Made by a program: the position numbers and the translations under genes. Shown one piece after another: positions 26,182 to 32,000 of a stretch of DNA of 32,000 bases; position 1 is the first letter of the stretch, and the number at the start of each line of letters is the position of its first letter. The notes under the pieces are model-generated. The model did no database searches and was not told where the DNA came from. It worked only from the letters and a program-made list of their open reading frames with translations. Source of the DNA: Longivirga aurantiaca (GTDB lineage Bacteria > Actinomycetota > Actinomycetes > S36-B12 > CAIYMF01); assembly GCF_042660085.1 (NCBI RefSeq), contig NZ_JBHSTI010000008.1:1749876-1781875 (forward strand), in the 5' to 3' direction.

Positions 26182-26337
26182 GGCGAGAACCCTCCCCGGG
26201 GCAGGAGGGACCTCCCACCCCACTATCGACCTCGGCAGGGGTGGACCTGCCCTTGAGCGCCGTACGGCTGACCGAGCGACCCCGACGTAGGCTGCGAGCA
26301 CGAGCCGCAGGGACGTGCGGCAGGTCTGGAGGACCCG

Positions 26338-26976
26338 GTGGCCAGCAACTCCGTCGCGCGTGCCGAGCGCGCCGCGCTCGCCGAGCTGATGACCGAGGTG
26401 GGCCCGGACGCGCCCACGCTGTGCGGCACCTGGACGACGCGCGACCTCGCTGCGCACCTGGTGCTGCGCGAGCGCCGCCCCGAGGCCCTGGGCCTCGTGA
26501 TCCCGGCGCTGCGCGGGCGGATGGAGTCGGTGCAGGACGGCATCGCGGCGCGGCCGTACGACGAGGTCGTGGCCGAGGTGCGGCAGGGTCCGCCCTTCTG
26601 GAACCCGATGGGGATCGGGCCGTTCGACGCCCAGGCCAACACCGTGGAGTTCTTCGTCCACCACGAGGACGTGCGCCGCGCCGCGACCGGGTGGACCCCG
26701 CGCGAGCTCGACGCGGCGACGACCGAAGCGCTCTGGAAGGTCGTCGGGACGACCCTGCGCGCGATCGCCCAGCGCTCGCCCGTCGGGATCGACGTCGCAC
26801 CCTCCGACGGCCCTGCTGCCGGCACGACGACGACGCTCAAGGGCGGCACGCCGTCGGTGACGCTGGTGGGGCCGGTCGGCGAGATCGTGCTCGCGGTCTA
26901 CGGCCGCGTGACGTCGCTCCTCGAGGTCGTGGGCGATCCGGCGGTGGCCGAGGCGTTCGCGTCGTTCCCGCGCTGA
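26338..26976 (+). CDS. TIGR03085-like / mycothiol-dependent (DinB-fold) maleylpyruvate-isomerase-family protein
   Basis: 212 aa, GTG start with GGAGGA upstream. The N-terminal ER..L..L....G..AP TLC..WT.RDLAAHL pattern and a later FFVHHEDVRRA are typical of this actinobacterial family. Confidence 0.7.
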   Translation: MASNSVARAERAALAELMTEVGPDAPTLCGTWTTRDLAAHLVLRERRPEALGLVIPALRGRMESVQDGIAARPYDEVVAEVRQGPPFWNPMGIGPFDAQANTVEFFVHHEDVRRAATGWTPRELDAATTEALWKVVGTTLRAIAQRSPVGIDVAPSDGPAAGTTTTLKGGTPSVTLVGPVGEIVLAVYGRVTSLLEVVGDPAVAEAFASFPR

Positions 26977-26983
26977 GGGACGG

Positions 26984-27754
26984 CTACCGGACCGGGTGCC
27001 CGGCCTCGCGCAGCGCCGCCTTGACCTCGCCGATCGTGAGGTCGCCGAAGTGGAAGACGCTGGCTGCGAGGACCGCGTCGGCACCGGCGTCGACGGCGGG
27101 TGCGAAGTGGGCGAGCCTGCCCGCGCCGCCGCTCGCGATCACCGGCACTGTCACGCGCGCACGGACGGCGCGCAGCAGCGGCAGGTCGTAGCCGTCCTTG
27201 GTGCCGTCGGCGTCCATCGAGTTGAGCAGGATCTCGCCGGCGCCGAGCTCGGCTGCCAGCACGGCCCAGCCGACGGCGTCGATCCCGGTGGATCGGCGTC
27301 CGCCGTGGGTCGTGACCTCCCAGCCCGACTCCGTCGTGACGCCCTCGGGGCAGCGCCGTGCGTCGACCGACAGCACGACGCACTGGGCGCCGAAGCGCTC
27401 GGCAGCCTCGCGCAGCAGCTCCGGCCGCGCGATCGCGGCGGTGTTGACGCCGACCTTGTCGGCACCGGCCCGCAGCAGGCGGTCGATGTCGTCGACCGTG
27501 CGGACGCCGCCACCGACGGTGAGGGGGATGAAGACCTGCTCGGCGGTGCGGCGGACGACGTCGTACGTCGTGGCGCGGTCGCCGCTGCTCGCGGTGATGT
27601 CGAGGAAGACCAGCTCGTCGGCTCCCTGGGCGTCGTACGCACGGGCGAGCTCGACCGGGTCGCCTGCGTCGCGGAGGTCGACGAAGTTCACACCCTTGAC
27701 GACGCGGCCTGCGTCGACGTCGAGGCACGGGATGACACGGACGGCGACCGACAC
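26984..27754 (-). CDS. hisF: imidazole glycerol phosphate synthase cyclase subunit
   Basis: Track ORF 26984..27793(-). The conserved N-terminus starts at GTG 27754 ([20 protein letters not shown]). Motifs LDITAS, TVGGGVR and ASGGAG are present. 256 aa. Confidence 0.95.
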   Translation of the reverse strand: MSVAVRVIPCLDVDAGRVVKGVNFVDLRDAGDPVELARAYDAQGADELVFLDITASSGDRATTYDVVRRTAEQVFIPLTVGGGVRTVDDIDRLLRAGADKVGVNTAAIARPELLREAAERFGAQCVVLSVDARRCPEGVTTESGWEVTTHGGRRSTGIDAVGWAVLAAELGAGEILLNSMDADGTKDGYDLPLLRAVRARVTVPVIASGGAGRLAHFAPAVDAGADAVLAASVFHFGDLTIGEVKAALREAGHPVR

Positions 27755-27818
27755 GACGCACAGCCTAGGCGGGCGTGCTCGACGGGCCTTCATCGGTTCT
27801 CTGCCTTACCGTCGTCGG

Positions 27819-28229
27819 ATGACCGAGCACCCGGGCGGAGCGCAGTCCATCGAGGAGACGCAGCGGCTCGCGGCCAGCGCGTACCTGTCGTTGACGACGT
27901 ACCGGAAGGACGGCACCGCAGTGCCGACACCGGTGTGGGCGAGCACCGACGGCACCCGGCTCTACGTGTGGACCCAGGCCGACTCCGGCAAGGTGAAGCG
28001 GGTGCGCCACCGCGGCCACGTGCAGGTGGCGCCGTGCGACGCGCGCGGTTCGCTGCAGGGCGCCCCGGTCGACGCCAGCGCCCGGGTCGTCGACGCACCC
28101 GAGGAGCTCGCCAGGATCGAGGGACGGCACAGGGCGAAGTACGGCGTGCAGTTCACGCTGTTCCGCCTCGCCGGCAAGGTCTTCCGCCGCGGCCGCCCTT
28201 ACGCCGGCCTCGAGATCACCGTCGTCTGA
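27819..28229 (+). CDS. PPOX-class (pyridoxamine 5'-phosphate oxidase-like) probable F420-dependent enzyme
   Basis: 136 aa from ATG 27819 ([40 protein letters not shown]), in frame within track ORF 27198..28229(+). The LTTxRKDG...TPVW pattern is typical of the small PPOX/F420 family. Confidence 0.7.
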   Translation: MTEHPGGAQSIEETQRLAASAYLSLTTYRKDGTAVPTPVWASTDGTRLYVWTQADSGKVKRVRHRGHVQVAPCDARGSLQGAPVDASARVVDAPEELARIEGRHRAKYGVQFTLFRLAGKVFRRGRPYAGLEITVV

Positions 28230-28248
28230 CCCTCGCCCCCCCACGTGT

Positions 28249-28316
28249 GCGATGGAGTCCGGGCCCCCGCCGGGCGACGATGGCCGAAGGCCTCGCCCGG
28301 TAGGGGGCTTCATCCG
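28249..28316 (-). repeat. structured intergenic repeat, copy A (short form, 68 nt)
   Basis: Sense (minus-strand) sequence: cggatgaagccccctaccgggcgaggccttcggccatcgtcgcccggcgggggcccggactccatcgc. It aligns to copies B and C but lacks their 31-nt side hairpin. It sits between the convergent PPOX and acyltransferase stops. Confidence 0.8.
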
Positions 28317-28363
28317 ATAGAGCCGAACGATCGAGGCATTCGTCGGGACGGCTGCCCTGAGGC

Positions 28364-29779
28364 TCAGGGTGCGGCCGGGGCGTCCGTACGGCGCTCTCCC
28401 CCGGCCCAGCGCAGCGCAGCGCCGGCGGCGAGCATGACCGCGATCGCCGCCGCGGCGTTGAGCGGCAGCCCGGTGTACTCGATCGTGCGGGTCGGGAACC
28501 CGCCGAGCCCCGTCGCGGAGATCACGAGCGTCGAGGCGCCGATGCCGAACGTCGCCACCGCCGCGACGACCGCGGCGGTCCGCGGCGAGGGACGCCGCCC
28601 GCGCAGCGGCGCGTCCCACCAGACCAGGGGGGCGTGCTCGAGCGGCCAGAGCAGGCGTACGACGGCCCACACGCCGACGCCGTACGCCGCGATGAACACG
28701 ACGCTGCCGAGCAGGTAGCCCCAGCCGTCCGGCACGGGGTAGCCGTCCGAACCGATCGTGACCGGCCGGTCGAGACCCAGTGCGTGCGCGGTCGTCGCCA
28801 CGGCGATGAGCACGGGCAGGTGCCAGAGGTACAGCGTCATCGCCACGAGGTTGACGCCGGTCACCGGGCGCCAGATGCGCGGCCGCTCGAGGAGGCGGCG
28901 CAACGGCGCATCCAGCAGCGTGACCAGCGCTGCCAGCACGACGGAGTGGATCGCGAGCACGATCGTGGGCGGCGCCATGTTGCTCACGGGCTCGCCCGGC
29001 ATGCCGACCATCGAGACGGGGTACGGGCCGAAGCGGATGAGCACGGCGTTCGCCGCGAAGCCGAGCGCCACGGCGGCGACCATGACCGGCCACGGGTAGG
29101 CGCCGAGGGTGCCGTGCGAGCGCAGCGCGCCGAGGTAGGCGGGGACGGCCCACGCGAGCACGAAGTTGAGCAGCGCCACCGCCTCGGGGAGGCCGAGGGC
29201 GAACCGCGCGAGGTCGACGAGCGCGACGAGGCCGAGCAGGAGCAGGAGCCCCAGCACTCCCCCGACGAGGCTCGTACGGCGGAACAGCGGCGCGAGCGCC
29301 GTCACCAGCAGGTAGGCGCCGAGGAACCACAGCAGCTGCGTGGTCAGCATCATGAGCGGCTCGGCAGTCTCGGCCGGCGCGAGCAGGGTGACCACCGTCG
29401 CGATCACGGCCATGAGCGCGAGGTAGATCCAGGCCGGCCTCAGAAGCCGTCGTCCGCGCCCCCACAGCCAGCTCGCGTAGTCGCCGCCGCGCGCGTGGTG
29501 CCGCTCGTACGACAGGGCATTGGCCGCGCCGCCTGCGAAGAAGAACAGCGGCATGATCTGCAGGAGCCAGGTGAGCGCCTGCGTCCAGGGGTACGCCGCG
29601 AGCACGTTGCCCAGCACCGGTACGCCGCCCGGCCAGACCACGACGGCCATGACCACGTGACCGGCCACGACGACCAGCAGCGCCGCCGCGCGGGCGCCGT
29701 CCACGACACGGTCGCGGTCAGGGGGCGTCTCGGCCGCAGCCCGCGCCGTCGGCACCGCCGCGAACACCCGCACGCTCAC
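28364..29779 (-). CDS. acyltransferase family 3 integral membrane protein
   Basis: Track ORF 28364..29881(-). The extreme N-terminus of that ORF lies in repeat copy B. Start is taken at GTG 29779 (SVRVFAAVPT), with an alternative GTG at 29773. About 10 TM helices and the N-terminal ...VDGARAAALLVVVAGH... motif are typical of acyltransferase_3. Confidence 0.75.
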   Translation of the reverse strand: MSVRVFAAVPTARAAAETPPDRDRVVDGARAAALLVVVAGHVVMAVVVWPGGVPVLGNVLAAYPWTQALTWLLQIMPLFFFAGGAANALSYERHHARGGDYASWLWGRGRRLLRPAWIYLALMAVIATVVTLLAPAETAEPLMMLTTQLLWFLGAYLLVTALAPLFRRTSLVGGVLGLLLLLGLVALVDLARFALGLPEAVALLNFVLAWAVPAYLGALRSHGTLGAYPWPVMVAAVALGFAANAVLIRFGPYPVSMVGMPGEPVSNMAPPTIVLAIHSVVLAALVTLLDAPLRRLLERPRIWRPVTGVNLVAMTLYLWHLPVLIAVATTAHALGLDRPVTIGSDGYPVPDGWGYLLGSVVFIAAYGVGVWAVVRLLWPLEHAPLVWWDAPLRGRRPSPRTAAVVAAVATFGIGASTLVISATGLGGFPTRTIEYTGLPLNAAAAIAVMLAAGAALRWAGGERRTDAPAAP

Positions 29780-29802
29780 GCCCTCAGCGTGGCACGGGGT
29801 TT

Positions 29803-29900
29803 GCGATGAAGGAATGGGCCCCGCCAGGCGACACTGGGCGAAGCCCTCGCCCGGTAGGGGACTTCGTTGCTCAGAGCGCAACGAAGTCGGCCTTCATCCG
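29803..29900 (-). repeat. structured intergenic repeat, copy B (long form, 98 nt)
   Basis: Sense (minus-strand) sequence: cggatgaaggccgacttcgttgcgctctgagcaacgaagtcccctaccgggcgagggcttcgcccagtgtcgcctggcggggcccattccttcatcgc. It lies between the dienelactone-hydrolase stop (29917) and the acyltransferase start (29779). Confidence 0.85.
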
Positions 29901-29916
29901 CGAGCGTCGAGACGGC

Positions 29917-30651
29917 TCAGGTGGCGTGGCGGTCGGTGAAGTCGAGGATGCGGGTCCACGCGTCGGCGCAGGCCTCGGCGTGGTCGGCGAAGCTGCGGTC
30001 GAAGAAGGAGTGCGGCGCACCGTCGTACACGTGCCGCTCAGCGTCGACGCCGCGGGCGGTGAGCCCCGCGATGAGGTCGTCGAAGCTCTCGGGCGCGATG
30101 CTCTGGTCTGCGCCCGCGAGCAGCATGAGGATCGGCGCCCGCACCTGGTCGGCCACGGGGTCGACGGTGTCGACGCTGCCGTAGAAGCCGATCGCGCCGT
30201 CGAGGCCGGGCTGGTCGGCCGCCTGGCGGTAGGAGTTGCGGCCGCCGAAGCAGAAGCCGACGGTGAACACCGACTCGGCACCGTCGGCGCGGAGCTTGTC
30301 GATGCACGCGGCGACGTCGGCCGCGATGCCGGGCTGGGTGGTCTGCGGGATGTGCGTCTGCCAGTCGAAGCCCTCGGCGCGGTCGTCGGAGTCCGCCGTA
30401 CGGCCGAACCAGTCGAAGGCGACGGCGTGGAAGCCGGCCTCGGCGAACCGCTCGGCGAGGTGCTTGTAGTAGTGGTGCAGGCCGCGGATGTCGGGGAGGA
30501 TCACGATCCCCTTCGTCGACGGCGCGGCCGGGTGCGCCTCGTACGCCAGGAAGCTGTTGCCGTCGGCGGCGGTGAGGCGCAGGTCGCCGTGGGCGCCGAC
30601 CTCCCCCTGGCGCGGCGGTGCGGGCGGGCGGGACTCGTCGCTGTGGCACAT
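29917..30651 (-). CDS. dienelactone hydrolase family protein
   Basis: Track ORF 29917..30678(-). ATG 30651 is preferred, with an alternative GTG at 30678. Alpha/beta-hydrolase pattern GIVILPDIRGLHHYYKHLAERFAEAGFHAVAFDWF, the nucleophile-elbow region VGFCFGG, and a C-terminal Y.GA.HSFF. Confidence 0.8.
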   Translation of the reverse strand: MCHSDESRPPAPPRQGEVGAHGDLRLTAADGNSFLAYEAHPAAPSTKGIVILPDIRGLHHYYKHLAERFAEAGFHAVAFDWFGRTADSDDRAEGFDWQTHIPQTTQPGIAADVAACIDKLRADGAESVFTVGFCFGGRNSYRQAADQPGLDGAIGFYGSVDTVDPVADQVRAPILMLLAGADQSIAPESFDDLIAGLTARGVDAERHVYDGAPHSFFDRSFADHAEACADAWTRILDFTDRHAT

Positions 30652-30703
30652 GGCTCGGACCCTACGTCGGCTGGGCACACCCTGGACCGAGGAACCGCGC
30701 GAT

Positions 30704-30800
30704 CAGTGAAGGCCGGATGTGTTGCGCTCTGAGCAACGAAGTCCCTACCGGGCGAGGGCTTCGTCCAGTGTCGCCCGGCGGGGGCCCGTTCCTTCATCGC
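30704..30800 (+). repeat. structured intergenic repeat, copy C (long form, 97 nt, inverted relative to A and B)
   Basis: Plus-strand sequence: cagtgaaggccggatgtgttgcgctctgagcaacgaagtccctaccgggcgagggcttcgtccagtgtcgcccggcgggggcccgttccttcatcgc. By eye it is about nine-tenths identical to the reverse complement of copy B. It lies between the priA stop (30812) and the hydrolase start. Confidence 0.85.
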
Positions 30801-30811
30801 GACCGATCGGG

Positions 30812-31591
30812 TTAGGGCATGACGCCGGGGATGCCGCCGTCGAGGCGGAACTCGCTGCGCTCGATGCGCGGCGAGACCGCGGCGAGGGCCTCGGGGAGCG
30901 TGAAGGCGCCGGCGTACAGCGCCTTGCCGACGATCGCGCCCTCGACGCCGATGCCGACGAGCTCGGCGATCGCGTGCAGGTCGGCCAGCGACGAGACGCC
31001 GCCGGAGGCCACGACCGGCTTGTCGGTGCGCTCGCACACCTCGCGCAGCAGGTCGAGGTTGGGGCCGGTGAGCGTGCCGTCCTTGCGGACGTCGGTCACC
31101 ACGTAGCGAGCGCACCCCTCGGAGTCCAGGCGTGCCAGCACCTCCCAGAGGTCGCCGCCGTCCTCCGTCCAGCCTCGCGCGGCGAGGGTCGTGCCGCGTA
31201 CGTCGAGACCCACGGCGACGCGGTCGCCGTGCTCCGCGATCGCACGTGCGCACCACTCGGGGTTCTCGAGCGCCGCGGTGCCGATGTTGACACGCGTGCA
31301 CCCGGTGGCGAGCGCGGCGCGCAGCGACTCGTCGTCGCGGATGCCGCCGCTCATCTCGACCTTGATGTCCATGCGGCCGACCACCTCGGCGAGCAGCGCG
31401 GCGTTCGAGCCGCGGCCGAAGGCGGCGTCGAGGTCGACGAGGTGGATCCACTCGGCGCCCTGCTCCTGCCACGCGAGCGCGGCCTCGAGCGGATCGCCGT
31501 ACGACGTCTCGCTGCCGGCCTCCCCCTGCACGAGACGGACGGCCTGACCGTCGGCGACGTCGACTGCGGGGAGGAGCTCGAGGTAGGTCAT
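30812..31591 (-). CDS. priA: bifunctional HisA/TrpF-type phosphoribosyl isomerase (PriA)
   Basis: 259 aa. [38 protein letters not shown] and [11 protein letters not shown] motifs. It ends in a rare TAA stop 11 nt from repeat copy C, after an extension of about 18 aa beyond the usual ...LPEALAAV end. Confidence 0.9.
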   Translation of the reverse strand: MTYLELLPAVDVADGQAVRLVQGEAGSETSYGDPLEAALAWQEQGAEWIHLVDLDAAFGRGSNAALLAEVVGRMDIKVEMSGGIRDDESLRAALATGCTRVNIGTAALENPEWCARAIAEHGDRVAVGLDVRGTTLAARGWTEDGGDLWEVLARLDSEGCARYVVTDVRKDGTLTGPNLDLLREVCERTDKPVVASGGVSSLADLHAIAELVGIGVEGAIVGKALYAGAFTLPEALAAVSPRIERSEFRLDGGIPGVMP

Positions 31592-31669
31592 GCCCTCAGC
31601 CTAACGAGCGCCTCCGAGGCCGGGCCGCGTCGGTAGCCACGCCCGCGCTACTCCGGGATAGAGGTCGGG

Positions 31670-31689
31670 ACGTGCAGTTGAACTGACGT
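31670..31689. promoter_or_regulatory. lower-GC imperfect palindrome upstream of priA
   Basis: ACGTGCAGTT-G-AACTGACGT has arms ACGT(G)CAGTT and AACTG-ACGT, giving 9 matching bp with one bulged base. It lies about 80 bp upstream of the priA ATG in a 127-bp gap. Confidence 0.3.
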
Positions 31690-31718
31690 GATCGACCCTC
31701 AGGGCCCAGAAGTGCAGG

Positions 31719-31964
31719 TCAGACGGCGCGGTCGTAGAGCAGGACGCGGACGACGGGGAGGATCAGGAGCGAGAGCAGGAAGACCCAGAGGCGCGCCGAC
31801 CAGTCGGGCAGGAACCACCAGACCACGGCCTGCACCGCGACGAAGAGCACGAGCAGCACGAGGAAGCGACGCCGACGGCGGGGTGCCAGCGGGTCGTTCG
31901 GCGGGAACTTGCGGCGCCACCACCGGCCGAACCGCGTGCGGGCCTTGCCGACCGGCTCGGTCAC
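31719..31964 (-). CDS. small hypothetical membrane protein
   Basis: 81 aa, GTG start. Arg-rich N-terminus followed by two hydrophobic helices (FLVLLVLFVAVQAVVWWFL, LWVFLLSLLILPVV). A GTGA overlap with a short upstream reading frame that ends here suggests coupling to the preceding (off-window) gene. No family recognised. Confidence 0.35.
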   Translation of the reverse strand: MTEPVGKARTRFGRWWRRKFPPNDPLAPRRRRRFLVLLVLFVAVQAVVWWFLPDWSARLWVFLLSLLILPVVRVLLYDRAV

Positions 31965-32000
31965 CGTGCCCGCGACCGCTGCCCGCTGGGCGGCACGCCT

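Noticed and set aside
28354-28368. Palindrome CCCTGAG-G-CTCAGGG spanning the acyltransferase stop codon, and the recurring CCCTCAG/CTGAGGG strings at 29781, 31592 and 31697.
   Set aside because: A 1-nt centre cannot form a useful hairpin. The heptamer is short enough to recur by chance in this composition. Only the longer start-region match was kept as a finding.
29806-30815. Similar peptides encoded across the repeats (MLRSEQRSP..., PTGRGLRP.SPGGGP..., MKEWAPPGD.../MKERAPAGR...). These might have suggested a small repeated protein family.
   Set aside because: The similarity comes from the nucleotide repeat read in several frames. One-nt indels between copies shift the frame mid-element. The ORFs are antisense to, or fused onto, real genes.

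Overview
This is a very GC-rich window with actinobacterial-type gene content and synteny, and it reads as chromosomal core. I called 32 CDS.

Gene order, left to right:
- The pyrR-pyrB-pyrC-carA-carB operon on the minus strand. carB runs off the window at position 1.
- A divergent BldD-type regulator.
- pyk and gltB-gltD.
- An envelope block of mauE-like, dsbA-like, lgt and a VIT1-family gene.
- trpC-trpB-trpA.
- An OmpR-type response regulator and histidine kinase pair, translationally coupled to a DUF2752 gene and embedded in the trp cluster.
- hisI-trpE plus two small Trp-region membrane genes.
- hisF and priA(hisA), separated by non-pathway genes.

I recognised no rRNA, tRNA, CRISPR array, transposase or integrase. 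Most long ORFs in the supplied track are high-GC antisense or read-through artefacts. Starts were re-set from conserved N-termini, Shine-Dalgarno (SD) sequences and stop/start overlaps.

Observations worth a second look:
1. A family of 68-98 nt structured repeats has three copies within 2.6 kb. They sit in all three of the intergenic gaps that follow the PPOX gene inside the three-gene accessory insert between hisF and priA. Their substitutions are wobble or compensatory and preserve one strand-specific fold.
2. A two-component system is inserted into the trp cluster. It has a perfect 18-bp palindrome upstream, and a 21-nt start-region motif is shared with the acyltransferase gene of the insert.
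3. The bldD promoter region carries a textbook BldD box, and the protein carries an intact c-di-GMP signature.
4. A PyrR-type binding loop appears to sequester the pyrR SD.
5. A DsbA/MauE redox pair is wedged between trpA and lgt.
6. Several gene starts have leaderless promoter geometry.

Everything here comes from reading the sequence and from recalled family knowledge. No searches or folding programs were run.
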